Source: Gloeobacterales cyanobacterium
GTDB taxonomy: Bacteria; Cyanobacteriota; Cyanobacteriia; Gloeobacterales; PMM-0068
Direction of reading: 5' to 3'
DNA length: 64,000 nucleotides
Assembly: GCA_049582005.1 (NCBI GenBank)
Contig: JBAUTB010000222.1
Location: 682-64,681 of the forward strand
A program made the position numbers and the translations under genes. Shown in pieces: positions 10,359 through 20,228 of this stretch. Position 1 is the stretch's first letter, and every line of letters begins with the position of its first letter. The notes below the pieces were generated by a model. The model was not told the origin of the DNA, made no database searches, and saw only the letters and a list, made by a program, of their open reading frames with translations.

Positions 10359-11072
10359 ATGGTGTCCTCTAACAGGCTGGTTCAAAAATGGGCGCTATTC
10401 AGTCTTTGGGGTATTACAGTTTGGGGTCTACCTAGCTATGCCATCCCTGACAACATTCCTGCGGCTGCGGATGACCTGAATATAGAACAGGATTTAGTCC
10501 AGCGTTCGCCCGTCCTCAAACGCTGGCTGGATAACCCACCCAATGTCCTCAGCGAGATAGACAATAGCCCAGCTTTTCCTACCAAGTTCAAAGTGGGGGT
10601 GGCGAATGTGACTTCGCGGGATAACGACTATGAACTGGTGCTGGGCATAGAAGACCTATTCCTGGGGAAAAGTCGATTTACGGCGAGTGGAGAATATCAC
10701 CAATCTTTGAATCAAAACACCCATAACACCAATCTCTGGGGAGGAAATGTCCGCTATTACCTTCTGCCCCTGGGAGCCTATGTAAATTTGGCCCCCCAAG
10801 TAGGCTATACTTCCCTCCGCTTAGAGGGCGTAGAATTCCAAGGCCCTGAACTAGGGGGCAAACTGGTATTTGCCCTAGCCCAAACCGCTGATGTGACCCT
10901 GACAGAAAGCGTTATTTTGCCTTCGCAAGGGCTGACGGTAGGCCGGACCCAACTTTCCTTTGGTTATGCCTTGAGTCCTACGATACGGGTCAGTGCGGAT
11001 ATTGACTTTATCAATGCTCCGACTCGTCAAGATACTAGCTTTGGCATCAACTTTGAATTTACTTCCTACTAA
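10359..11072 (+). CDS. Hypothetical secreted protein, possibly a small outer-membrane beta-barrel
   Basis: 237 aa. Signal-like N-terminus (WALFSLWGITVWGLPSYA), alternating hydrophobic pattern, and a C-terminal ...FGINFEFTSY ending in an aromatic residue, as in OMP beta-signals. No family recognised. Confidence 0.5.
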   Translation: MVSSNRLVQKWALFSLWGITVWGLPSYAIPDNIPAAADDLNIEQDLVQRSPVLKRWLDNPPNVLSEIDNSPAFPTKFKVGVANVTSRDNDYELVLGIEDLFLGKSRFTASGEYHQSLNQNTHNTNLWGGNVRYYLLPLGAYVNLAPQVGYTSLRLEGVEFQGPELGGKLVFALAQTADVTLTESVILPSQGLTVGRTQLSFGYALSPTIRVSADIDFINAPTRQDTSFGINFEFTSY

Positions 11073-11087
11073 GTTTTTAACAAAGTC

Positions 11088-12683
11088 TTAGTGCTCCGAA
11101 GGAATACTCTGCTCCCCGGATGGCCTACCCAAGAAAAACACCAGGGGCAGTGAGCCAATAAACATGATGCCCACCACTCGAAAGATATCCTCAAACGAGA
11201 GGATAGCAGCCTGGGTGTTGATCAGTTGGTCAATTAGCTTGAGGGCTTGAGTGTGAGACATGGCTAGGTCTATGCCCTGAGTGAAAAGTGCCCCACTCAG
11301 TTGGTCGAGACGCTGTGTCGTGGCATGGTTATACAGGCTCACGCTCTCGACTAAGATAGTCCGATGGAAAGCTTCCCTTTGCGCCAGTAGGGTCGTCAGC
11401 AGGGCAATCCCGATGCTGCCGCCGAGCTGACGTGTCAAGTTATATAGCCCCGAACCCGCTGATATAAACTCCTTAGGCAAAGGGCCAAGGGTCGCCAGAC
11501 TAAGGGGTAGAAACATCATCACGGTTCCTGCCCCACGCCAAATGAGCGGCCAAAACAATTCTTCAGTGCCTGTTTGGGGATTCAGATGGGTGAGAGAAAA
11601 CATCACAGCCACTGTAATTAGACCCCCTGTAAGAATGAGAAATCGAGGATCAAACCAGCGAGTGGCCTTGCCCATCAAAACCATCATGGCTGCTGAGGTC
11701 AGCGCCCCTGGCAGCAGTAATAGGCCCGTCTGCATCGCTGTGAAGTGCAATACGCTCTGGGTAAAGATCGGTACGGCGAACAGTGCTCCGTAGATACCCA
11801 TCCCTAGCACCATCGAATAGATGCTTCCCGCTGCCAGAGAGGGAAAACGCAGTATGCGCAGATCCACCGCCGGATGCTCCGTAGTTAGCTCCCGCCAAAT
11901 GAATAGACTAAGACCGCCAATGCCGATGACGGCCATAGCCACAATGAAAGAAGAGGAAAACCAATCGTCTTTCTGTCCTTCTTCCAACATCGTTTGTAAA
12001 CCAGCTAGGCCCACGATGAGCAAGAAGATACCCAGCCAATCTACGGTTCGGTTCCGGTATGCAGCAGCAGGTTTCGGTAGGAAGATCCAGGCCATCACCA
12101 CGGCCAAGATGCCGAAGGGAATATTGATAAAGAAGATCCAGCGCCAGCCAAGGGTATCCGTAAGGTAACCACCAAGCGTAGGACCGATGGCTGGTCCAGC
12201 AATGACTCCGACGCCAAAGAGGGCCTGGGCAACGCCTTGTTCCTCTCGCGGAAAGGTTTCAAACAGAATGGCTTGGGCTTTGGCTAAAAGTCCACCCCCG
12301 CCCAACCCCTGTAGAATGCGGGCAAAGATCAGCATGGGTAGGTTGACCGACAAGCCACAAAGTACCGAGGCAAGGGTAAAGGCAATCAGGGAAAAAATGA
12401 AGTAGGTCTTGCGCCCAAAGTAATCGCCTAACCAAGCCGATAAGGGAATGATGATCACATTGGCGATGGCATAACCGGTTATCACCCAGCCGATTTCTGA
12501 AAGGGTGGCACCGAGGCTACCTTGCATATCGATCAGGGCAACATTGACGATACTGGTGTCTATAACTTCCAGAATCGCTCCCAGGGAAACGGTGAGGGCA
12601 ATCGCCCATTTGAGCCAACTGTTGCGAGGAGAATCTACCGAATCAGTGATAACAGCAACAGGGCGTTCAATGGCCCGTGTCAT
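11088..12683 (-). CDS. MFS drug:H+ antiporter, DHA2 (EmrB/QacA) family
   Basis: 531 aa with about 14 hydrophobic segments and the motif LGDYFGRK. The start overlaps the upstream tetR stop, indicating an operon. Confidence 0.85.
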   Translation of the reverse strand: MTRAIERPVAVITDSVDSPRNSWLKWAIALTVSLGAILEVIDTSIVNVALIDMQGSLGATLSEIGWVITGYAIANVIIIPLSAWLGDYFGRKTYFIFSLIAFTLASVLCGLSVNLPMLIFARILQGLGGGGLLAKAQAILFETFPREEQGVAQALFGVGVIAGPAIGPTLGGYLTDTLGWRWIFFINIPFGILAVVMAWIFLPKPAAAYRNRTVDWLGIFLLIVGLAGLQTMLEEGQKDDWFSSSFIVAMAVIGIGGLSLFIWRELTTEHPAVDLRILRFPSLAAGSIYSMVLGMGIYGALFAVPIFTQSVLHFTAMQTGLLLLPGALTSAAMMVLMGKATRWFDPRFLILTGGLITVAVMFSLTHLNPQTGTEELFWPLIWRGAGTVMMFLPLSLATLGPLPKEFISAGSGLYNLTRQLGGSIGIALLTTLLAQREAFHRTILVESVSLYNHATTQRLDQLSGALFTQGIDLAMSHTQALKLIDQLINTQAAILSFEDIFRVVGIMFIGSLPLVFFLGRPSGEQSIPSEH

Positions 12684-13314
12684 GTGAAAATTCCTGTACC
12701 GAGGGAGTAGGGTTTGTCATGATGCCGCACACAAAAATATCGACACAGCTATCGAGGTAGTGCTCCGCGTCATATTCCAGCATGCTTACGTGCCGTCGGA
12801 GCATTCCTGCGAGTAGCATGCCCGTAAAAATATCAATAGCAGCGACAGGATCTAGTTCAGCCCGCACGTTACCCTGACGTTGGGCATTCTGTATATAAGC
12901 TGTTAGTCTTTCACGCAGAGGCTGGATGGCCTCACGCAGGATCTGGCGAGCTTCTTCTGGATACCTGCGGGCCTCACCGATGAGGGTTCGGGTTAGGGCT
13001 TCATGTTCTTCTAGCGTCCGGTTGTAGAGATGGGCGTAGTGAACCAGGTCTGTACGCAGATCTTGGGTCCACTCCTGTTGATTGGCAAGGCTCTCCGCCT
13101 GCAGCGCAAAAGCCTGTGAGATAACAGCACCTAGCAATTGGTTTTTGCTAGAGAAGTGGCGAAAGACGGTTACCTCGTTCACGCTAGCAACCCGGGCAAT
13201 TTCTCTAGTGGTAGCACCCTGAAAACCGTCACGAGCAAAGACTTCAGTCGCTGCTTCCAAAAGGCGCTGGCGGGTATTTTTGCTAGAGCCTGAATGAATG
13301 TTCATTGTCGTCAT
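12667..13314 (-). CDS. TetR/AcrR-family transcriptional regulator
   Basis: 215 aa. N-terminal HTH: RQRLLEAATEVFARDGFQGATTREIARVASVNEVTVFRHFSSK. Overlaps the downstream MFS gene by 17 nt. Confidence 0.9.
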   Translation of the reverse strand: MTTMNIHSGSSKNTRQRLLEAATEVFARDGFQGATTREIARVASVNEVTVFRHFSSKNQLLGAVISQAFALQAESLANQQEWTQDLRTDLVHYAHLYNRTLEEHEALTRTLIGEARRYPEEARQILREAIQPLRERLTAYIQNAQRQGNVRAELDPVAAIDIFTGMLLAGMLRRHVSMLEYDAEHYLDSCVDIFVCGIMTNPTPSVQEFSHDTGH

Positions 13315-13465
13315 GCAAGTGCTTACTTACATTTATAAGGATAAGCGGCACCCGTAAATTATGCAAGTACGTACATATCTATAAAGGTGGTATGCGGCAA
13401 TGATTCCTTATTTTTGTTGATCAGAATTATCCATGCCCACGACTCGTACTACCTGGGTAGTGTTC

Positions 13466-13915
13466 CTACCTTAAGAGATAACGTCCCATCGCTTTTAAAT
13501 AGACCGAAACAGGGAACTGATAATAATTGCATATAATGCTGCCTACTAAAAACAGATGTAATAAGAACGTCAAACCAGTCCAAAAGATGGGAAACCAAGC
13601 CCAGGCTGTATTTGGTATCGATGGAACACAATAGGTTGTTATGCCAACAATGAAAGGAGGGAATAAAATTAAACTTATTCCAGCGAACCAATCGGCCTTT
13701 CCCAATTCCGTTCCCTTAGGATATACTCCCCGCCAGGTGTGACCCTTCCATTGCCACGTTAAGGGATGAGAACTATCTATTACGGTCAAGGTTTTTTGAC
13801 TGGAATCCACGGTGAAGATATGTTTGCATTGAACACAGGATAAGGTTTCCATTAAAGCCATGGGAGCAAGCTTTCCAAAGCGACAAATCGGGCAATATTC
13901 ACTATCTAAAATCAT
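13466..13915 (-). CDS. Hypothetical membrane protein with an N-terminal zinc ribbon
   Basis: 149 aa. CPICRFG...CVQCKH (CxxC-N19-CxxC), followed by Trp-rich hydrophobic segments. No family recognised. Confidence 0.55.
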   Translation of the reverse strand: MILDSEYCPICRFGKLAPMALMETLSCVQCKHIFTVDSSQKTLTVIDSSHPLTWQWKGHTWRGVYPKGTELGKADWFAGISLILFPPFIVGITTYCVPSIPNTAWAWFPIFWTGLTFLLHLFLVGSIICNYYQFPVSVYLKAMGRYLLR

Positions 13916-14062
13916 GGATTCCTCTACCTACTAGAAATGTCAGAGTAAAGTCGTAGGAAGCTTGCTGGTATATTTTGTCTAGGACAGCACCCAGATCTTA
14001 TACGTCTGCCCTACTCTTTACGAATACCTTTGTGATTGCTTTAGGCTTGGGCTACTTTGAAC

Positions 14063-14608
14063 ATGACAGAAGAAACATGGTGGTTAATCGGGACGATAGT
14101 GGGTAGCCACGGACTCAAAGGTGAATTGAAGGTATTGCCAGAAACTGATTTCCCAGAACGTTTAACAGAAGCGGGTCCCCGCAGGTTGCAAGGACCGGAT
14201 GGGCAACATCGGGAGGTCTATCTCTTATCAGGTCGCTATCATGCCAGTAAAAAGCAGTATTTGGTCCAACTGAAGGGCGTAGATGACTCTGATGCGGCAG
14301 AAGCCTTACGTGGTTGGCATCTCGTTGTTTCTAGCGAAGAGCGGCTTGTGCTTGCGACCGATGAATTTCATGTTATGGATCTGATTGGGCTCATGGCCTA
14401 TCGACAGGATACGGGTGCGATCCTAGGGCCTGTGGTGGATATGAATACCTTTGGCAACGACATTCTGGTTATTCAAACGCCCAAACAAGAGCTGATGGTT
14501 CCCTTTGTAAAAGCCCTCGTCCCCGTGGTAGACCTGGAACATAAACGGCTTGAAATCAATCCCATTCCAGGACTATTGGACGAGCTGCTAGAGGATCCAG
14601 CGTCATAG
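14063..14608 (+). CDS. rimM: 16S rRNA processing protein RimM
   Basis: The sequence WWLIGTIVGSHGLKGELKVLPETDFPERL is typical of RimM, with a PRC-barrel-like C-terminus. The track ORF starts at a TTG at 14057. I prefer the ATG at 14063. Confidence 0.88.
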   Translation: MTEETWWLIGTIVGSHGLKGELKVLPETDFPERLTEAGPRRLQGPDGQHREVYLLSGRYHASKKQYLVQLKGVDDSDAAEALRGWHLVVSSEERLVLATDEFHVMDLIGLMAYRQDTGAILGPVVDMNTFGNDILVIQTPKQELMVPFVKALVPVVDLEHKRLEINPIPGLLDELLEDPAS

Positions 14609-15530
14609 CTTGGCCTCTTAAGTACCGCAGGAGCTTAAGCCAATTGTCTGGGAGAGGGGCCGTACAACTTATTCTTTCTTGGCTAACGGGATGGGTGAAC
14701 TGCAAGCGATAGGCATGGAGTACCTGCCCTTGAAAGTTGACCTTGGGCAGTTTCCCCTGTCCATACAGAGGGTCCGCTACGATCGGGTGGCCCATGTGGA
14801 AGCTATGGACTCTGATTTGATGGGTGCGGCCCGTCTCTAGGCGAAATCCAATCAGGGTATAGTTGCCCATGCGTTCCAGGACTTTCCAATGGGTGCGGGC
14901 AGGACGGCCATTTTCTACCACCGCCATTTTTTTTCGCTGGACCGGATGGCGGCCAATAGGAGCATCTACTACTCCCATTAGTGTTTTGGGAGCGCCCCAG
15001 ACAATGCCTAAGTACTCTCTTTGTGCCGTTTTAGCCTGGATCTGAGCCTGTAGACTTTGATGGGCTAAGTCGGTCTTAGCAACGACCAGAACGCCACTGG
15101 TGTCTTTGTCCAATCGGTGAACAATACCGGGACGTTCTACACCGTTAATCCCTGATAAATCAGAACAATGGGCGAGTAGGGCATGAACCAAAGTGCCACT
15201 GCTATGTCCTGGAGCCGGATGAACGACCATCCCGACGGGTTTATTGAGGACAATTAACTGTTCGTCTTCATAGAGGATGTCCAGGATAGCGGCTTCACCC
15301 TCACTAGGAGAGAGGTCTAGGGCCACGGGGGCAGGGACTTGAACGGAAACCTCATCTCCAGATTTGATCGGACTTTTGCATACACAGGGATGTTGATTGA
15401 GTAACACCTGTCCTTGATCGATCAACTTTTGCAGACGAGAACGAGACAAATCGGGCAGTTGGGCTGCCAACCATCGGTCTAACCGCTGCTCCGAGGGGTC
15501 TGGCGGAACTATCAATTGGTGGGTATGCAT
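14556..15530 (-). CDS. rluD: RluA-family 23S rRNA pseudouridine synthase (RluD-like)
   Basis: 324 aa. S4-like N-terminus (RLDRWLA...SRSRLQKLI) and catalytic motif GIVHRLDKDTSGVLVVAK. The 3' end converges on and overlaps rimM by 53 nt. Confidence 0.9.
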   Translation of the reverse strand: MHTHQLIVPPDPSEQRLDRWLAAQLPDLSRSRLQKLIDQGQVLLNQHPCVCKSPIKSGDEVSVQVPAPVALDLSPSEGEAAILDILYEDEQLIVLNKPVGMVVHPAPGHSSGTLVHALLAHCSDLSGINGVERPGIVHRLDKDTSGVLVVAKTDLAHQSLQAQIQAKTAQREYLGIVWGAPKTLMGVVDAPIGRHPVQRKKMAVVENGRPARTHWKVLERMGNYTLIGFRLETGRTHQIRVHSFHMGHPIVADPLYGQGKLPKVNFQGQVLHAYRLQFTHPVSQERISCTAPLPDNWLKLLRYLRGQAMTLDPLAARPIVLEWD

Positions 15531-15551
15531 AGGAGTTACTTCGTTATCTTG

Positions 15552-16352
15552 CTATTTGGATTCGGGCAGGAAATTTTTCAAGAGTTTACTTACCCGATCA
15601 CTATTCTTTTGATCGCCTTTGTCCTCAAAGAGGCTTTGGGCACTTTTGAGCTCAATTTCCGCTTGCTTCATCAGCGCTAGCCCCAGGTTATAGCGGGTGA
15701 TTGGGTCTTTTGGGTCTAGCTTGACACCCTGTTCTGCCGCCCGGATCGCTTCTTGATAACGTTTGGCGGCAATCAGAGCACCTGCCAAATTACCCAGAGG
15801 TTCTACTTCCTTGGGGGTGAAGGATACCGCTTTCTGGAAAGAGTCAATTGCGTCTTCTAAGCGATTCTGGCTAAAGTAAATTTTCCCGACATTGTTGTAG
15901 GCAAAGCCTAGCTTAGGGTCCAACTCTAAAGCCTTATTAAAAGCTTCTAGGGCCTCTGGAGTCTTGTTCTGTAGACGTAGGGCTTCACCGAGATTGTTAT
16001 AGATTTTTGCGATGCGCGGATTATCTCCTGCTGGCACATTCTGGATAGCCTTACGGTAGCTGGAAACAGCTCCTTCATAATCTCCCTGTCTTTTGAGTGC
16101 AATCCCCAGATTATTCAGGGCTGTAGCATCGTCTGGCCTGAGTCTAAGATATTCACGATATAAGCGGGCCTGCCGGGCAGGGTCTTGGGCTTTGACCGCA
16201 TCTTGAAATAGGCTATCCTCTGGGCTAGCTGCCGGATTCGTGGGATTCTCAGCCTGGGCCAAAAGGGGTGGTTGCATGACCAGACAGGCTGTACCAAGCC
16301 ATAATCCGAGCAAGGTCTGCTGCATGGGTGAATTTTTGAGTATATTCTTCAT
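15552..16352 (-). CDS. Secreted TPR-repeat protein
   Basis: 266 aa with a signal-like N-terminus. Repeated TPR pattern (A..NLG.AL...GDYEGA...Y.KAI...P, seen several times). Confidence 0.8.
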   Translation of the reverse strand: MKNILKNSPMQQTLLGLWLGTACLVMQPPLLAQAENPTNPAASPEDSLFQDAVKAQDPARQARLYREYLRLRPDDATALNNLGIALKRQGDYEGAVSSYRKAIQNVPAGDNPRIAKIYNNLGEALRLQNKTPEALEAFNKALELDPKLGFAYNNVGKIYFSQNRLEDAIDSFQKAVSFTPKEVEPLGNLAGALIAAKRYQEAIRAAEQGVKLDPKDPITRYNLGLALMKQAEIELKSAQSLFEDKGDQKNSDRVSKLLKNFLPESK

Positions 16353-16423
16353 AAGATAGAAAGTAGTGGAACGTGCAGTATTACTCTAGCGTCAATGCTA
16401 TTGGGTTCTTACCTCAAACTGCT

Positions 16424-17191
16424 ATGCAAAAGGTTCCCGTTTGGACGTTAACTATCTTGCTATCCTTGCTCTTGTCTTCTCTTGCGCCCTCTGCCAAAGC
16501 CCAATGGGTTGGTCCTTTGCTCACGCCTCTGCTCAAAACATGGATCATGCAACAGGTGACTCGTGCAGACAATTTGGATATCAAACTCCAAGGAACGGAC
16601 CAGGAACTTCTAGGAGGGCTGATTCCTCAAATTAATATCAGTGCTGATAACGTGGTCTATCAAGGGATACAGGCTCGTTCGGTCAATTTGGTGGGCCGCT
16701 CTGTACAGCTAGATCTGGCCCAGGCCCTTAAAGGAGGTGGGGTCAAACTCAAGAGTCCAGTTCACGCAGACTTGGCGATCACGATGGCAGAACCGGATCT
16801 AAATCGCTACTTGACTTCTCCCCAATTTCAAAAGCAGTTTGCTAACCTCAGGTTCCCAATGCCTGGTTTTGCCGGATCTGCGTCTTCGTTACCCCTTTCG
16901 CTCAATCAACCCCAACTAACTTTCCTAGACCAGGGACGGGTCCAGGTAACGGCTGCCCTCAAGCCTGAGCAGGGACCATCACTCCCGGTACAAATTACCA
17001 CAGGGCTCGACCTTCTGAATAACAATACTCTGCAATTGAATAATCCAGAGTTGAAGTCCAGTGGTCAAGTGCTCCCCAATGAGCTACTCCAAAATCTCAA
17101 GATTGATCTGGGACAAGACACTCAGATTAAATCGCTGGATATCCGTAAAGGCTTGATGCAGCTAAGTGGTATTTTTACCATTCGCCCCTGA
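16424..17191 (+). CDS. Hypothetical secreted protein, tentatively DUF2993/LmeA-like
   Basis: The track ORF starts at a GTG at 16373. The internal ATG at 16424 gives a clean signal peptide (MQKVPVWTLTILLSLLLSSLAPSAKAQ). The family assignment is from memory of the DUF2993 pattern and is tentative. Confidence 0.55.
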   Translation: MQKVPVWTLTILLSLLLSSLAPSAKAQWVGPLLTPLLKTWIMQQVTRADNLDIKLQGTDQELLGGLIPQINISADNVVYQGIQARSVNLVGRSVQLDLAQALKGGGVKLKSPVHADLAITMAEPDLNRYLTSPQFQKQFANLRFPMPGFAGSASSLPLSLNQPQLTFLDQGRVQVTAALKPEQGPSLPVQITTGLDLLNNNTLQLNNPELKSSGQVLPNELLQNLKIDLGQDTQIKSLDIRKGLMQLSGIFTIRP

Positions 17192-17270
17192 CCGATATCA
17201 TCAGAGTCGTGATTAGGGTAGTTTTAGTTATGTCTGATCTTGCTTATTTATTTCTTAGAGGACTTCTTTC

Positions 17271-18002
17271 GTGCGTAATCAAATAGCTCTCTTCTTGCTA
17301 GGCACTACCTTGGGTCTAGCACTCAACCAACCAGCGCGGGCATTGGATGAGAACGTAGTGCTTCGGAAGATGGATAGCATTCCTGTTTTTACCTTGCTGA
17401 ACGAGAAGAGTAGTCCCGTTCTTGTCGCACCCCCAAAAGGAGCCAAGACCTCTGCTTCCCAAATTGCCTATTTTTTCTTGAGTAAGCAAGAACTCGCTAA
17501 TTTTCAAAAAGTTCTTGAGAAATCCAATCCTACCTTGGCTAAATCACTGAAGGCCAAGGCATTGCCCTTGGGCAAAGCTATAGAGTTTGGCAATGAGAAT
17601 AAAAAAAATAAGCTTGCTATTGAAATCCTGCCTTCCCAAAATTCTTTGAGCTATGCCTTGAAACTGGCTCAGGAAAAAGATAAAGCGCTTAAAGTCTATC
17701 CAGGAGTTCCTATCTTCGCCCTCACCGATAAAAGTGAAAAAAATGTGCTTGGGGTAAAGCAGAATGGCCAAACAGTCCAACCTTTTTTCTTTGATAACCA
17801 GGACGCTGAGAATACTTTTGCTGCCCTTAAACAGAAAAATCCTGAACTTGCAAAAAATACTAAAATTGCCGTGTTACCTTTTCAAAAGCTCTTTGACTTA
17901 CTGCGTCAAACTAAAGATGCAAAAGAAGCAGATCGAATCGCAATCGTTCCATCATCTGAATCTTTGCAGTATGCCCGGACTTTGAACCCCACTAAGAAGT
18001 AA
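17271..18002 (+). CDS. Tic22-family periplasmic protein
   Basis: 243 aa with a GTG start and a signal peptide. LRKMDSIPVFTLLNEKSSPVLVA...IAYFFLSKQELANF... and a second half PIFALTDK...FFFDNQDAENTFAALK match the two-repeat Tic22 pattern as I recall it. Confidence 0.65.
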   Translation: MRNQIALFLLGTTLGLALNQPARALDENVVLRKMDSIPVFTLLNEKSSPVLVAPPKGAKTSASQIAYFFLSKQELANFQKVLEKSNPTLAKSLKAKALPLGKAIEFGNENKKNKLAIEILPSQNSLSYALKLAQEKDKALKVYPGVPIFALTDKSEKNVLGVKQNGQTVQPFFFDNQDAENTFAALKQKNPELAKNTKIAVLPFQKLFDLLRQTKDAKEADRIAIVPSSESLQYARTLNPTKK

Positions 18003-18141
18003 ACACCTTCTGGCTAGTAGTAGATTCTCGGGCAAGTCCTTTCCTATCATTCGATGTCATCTTGCCCTAAGTTATTTCGCACGACGCCACCAAACCCGAT
18101 AATCTATACTTATGATATATATCAGCTTTTTGGAGGATGCT

Positions 18142-18387
18142 ATGTCGAAAACTGGAATTGCCAAGCTTTTTCGTAACGGACGTAGCCAGGCTGTACGTCT
18201 ACCTCAAGAGTTCCGTTTCCAGGGAGACCGGGTGCGCGTAAGCCGGGTCGGGAAAGGGGTCCTCCTTGAACCAATCGTGACGGATGCAGCCGAATGGTTT
18301 GCAGAATTGGATCGAATGAGCGACGAGCCCTTTATGCCCGAGGGTCACCATCAGCCCATTACACCTATCCGTGATCTGTTCGGATGA
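18142..18387 (+). CDS. vapB: VapB-type antitoxin (AbrB/SpoVT fold)
   Basis: MSKTGIAKLFRNGRSQAVRLPQEFRF.GDRV is the typical swapped-hairpin antitoxin motif. The stop overlaps the vapC start in ATGA at 18384-18387. The track ORF begins 30 nt upstream at 18112. Confidence 0.85.
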   Translation: MSKTGIAKLFRNGRSQAVRLPQEFRFQGDRVRVSRVGKGVLLEPIVTDAAEWFAELDRMSDEPFMPEGHHQPITPIRDLFG

Positions 18388-18800
18388 CCTACTTGTTGGA
18401 TACGAACGCATGCATCGCGCTGATCAACGGGAATCCTTCCCATGTGCGAGAGCGCTTCCAGCGCACAATGGCTACAGGCGATTCCATCACTGTGTCATCG
18501 GTTGTGGCTTTTGAACTTTGGTATGGTGTTGCTAAGAGTACACGAAAGGTAGCCAATACCAAGCGACTGGAAACCTTTTTCGCTGGGCCGCTTGACCTGT
18601 TGGCCTTTGACGATGAGGACGCTCGGACAGCGGGGACTATCCGAGCCGAACTAGAAGCAGGTGGGAATCCGATTGGGGCCTATGACCTATTGATCGCGGG
18701 ACAAGCGCTACGATACGGAGCGACCCTGGTGACAGCGAACGTCTCAGAATTCTCAAGGGTAGCGGGTCTCACCTGGGAAGATTGGGCGTCCCTGAGTTGA
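18384..18800 (+). CDS. vapC: VapC-type PIN-domain ribonuclease toxin
   Basis: 138 aa. MTYLLDTNACIALING (first acidic PIN residue), then ...FELWYG..., ...YDLLIAGQAL..., ...LVTANVSEF. Confidence 0.9.
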   Translation: MTYLLDTNACIALINGNPSHVRERFQRTMATGDSITVSSVVAFELWYGVAKSTRKVANTKRLETFFAGPLDLLAFDDEDARTAGTIRAELEAGGNPIGAYDLLIAGQALRYGATLVTANVSEFSRVAGLTWEDWASLS

Positions 18801-19056
18801 GCAGAATACACGGATGGATCGCAGCCTCCCCTCCTCAATGTTCTCTACGAGATTAAATGAAGTGGAAGTTAATTTTGTCTTTTAGCCTCTCTTTGTCAAG
18901 AATCTTGGGATCGCCAAAGTTTATACACCGTATGTTTTCCGGGATGAAATTACCCCCCTTTTTTTTGGCAAAGCACCTCTGAATGCAGTTTTAGATCGCG
19001 CTTAGGATACATGTAAGGAATAGTGTCCACCTATGTGGCCACGAGGAGAGTAAGCT

Positions 19057-20193
19057 ATGACCGACACCCCTTTGCTCAAATTGCAAGACTATGGCCAAAG
19101 CGTTTGGTTGGACTATCTCAGACGAAACTTGGTCACTTCTGGGGAACTTGCTCAAAAAATTGAACAGGATGGACTACGTGGGCTGACTTCTAACCCAGCC
19201 ATTTTTAAAGAAGCGATTGTGGGAAGCGCTGATTACGATGATGCGATTCGGACCTTAACAGCACAGGGATTAACGGAAGACGCCATTTACGAAACCATGG
19301 CAGTGGAAGATATCCAAGGTGCTGCCGATGCCTTCCGGCCCTTATATGACCGTTTAGACGGCAAAGATGGTTTTGTAAGTCTCGAAGTGTCCCCCCATCT
19401 GGCACGGGATACCGCTGGGACAGTCGCTGAAGCCAAGCATCTCTGGCAAAAAGTCAATCGCCCCAATTTGATGATCAAAGTGCCGGGAACCCCTGAAGGA
19501 TTACCTGCTATTCAAGAACTGATCGGGGAAGGCATCAACGTCAATGTCACCCTTTTGTTCTCGCGGGAAGCCTACAAAGCCTGTGCCGAAGCCTATCTCA
19601 GCGGGTTGGAAGCCCACCTCGCCAAAGGTGGAAATCTAAGCCGCGTGGCCAGTGTAGCCAGTTTCTTCCTGAGCCGCATTGACAGTTCTATTGATGCGAA
19701 ACTAGAAGCCCTGATCGCCAAAACAACTGATCCGGCAAAACTCGAGAAACTGCAAGGGCTGATGGGAAGCTTGGCAATTGCCAACGCCAAACTGGCCTAT
19801 CAGGATTACAAGGCACTCTTCACCAGCGAACGGTTCAAAGTGCTCGCACAAGCAGGAGCCCATCCCCAAAGGCTTTTGTGGGCGAGCACAGGCACCAAAA
19901 ATCCCCATTATCGGGATGTGCGTTATGTAGAAGAGCTGGTTGGGCCCAATACGGTCAATACTATGCCCGTTGCTACCCTCAATGCCTGTGCAGACCATTG
20001 TGAGCTGCGTTCTAGCCTGGAAGAAAACCTAGAGCAAGCCCAAAAACTGCTGACAGACCTGGAGGCGGTGGGTATTAGCTTGGATCAAGTCACCGCTGAC
20101 CTCTTGGTAGATGGTTTGATCAAATTCACGGGACCTTTTGATGAACTTCTACAGAGCATCCGCAACAAACGGGCACTTGTAGCAAGTACTTAG
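19057..20193 (+). CDS. tal: Transaldolase
   Basis: 378 aa. LKLQDYGQSVWLDYLRR, GLTSNPAIF, VSLEVSP, IKVPGT and NVTLLFS (the active-site Lys region) are typical of the long cyanobacterial type. Confidence 0.93.
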   Translation: MTDTPLLKLQDYGQSVWLDYLRRNLVTSGELAQKIEQDGLRGLTSNPAIFKEAIVGSADYDDAIRTLTAQGLTEDAIYETMAVEDIQGAADAFRPLYDRLDGKDGFVSLEVSPHLARDTAGTVAEAKHLWQKVNRPNLMIKVPGTPEGLPAIQELIGEGINVNVTLLFSREAYKACAEAYLSGLEAHLAKGGNLSRVASVASFFLSRIDSSIDAKLEALIAKTTDPAKLEKLQGLMGSLAIANAKLAYQDYKALFTSERFKVLAQAGAHPQRLLWASTGTKNPHYRDVRYVEELVGPNTVNTMPVATLNACADHCELRSSLEENLEQAQKLLTDLEAVGISLDQVTADLLVDGLIKFTGPFDELLQSIRNKRALVAST

Positions 20194-20228
20194 TGTTACT
20201 TCATTTCACTTATATATAGGAAACCTCT

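Noticed and set aside
14556-14608. 53-nt convergent overlap of the rimM and rluD 3' ends, considered as a possible frameshift or annotation artefact.
   Set aside because: Both frames are open with plausible C-termini and there is no sign of disruption. Short convergent overlaps occur in compact genomes, so I did not treat it as a finding.
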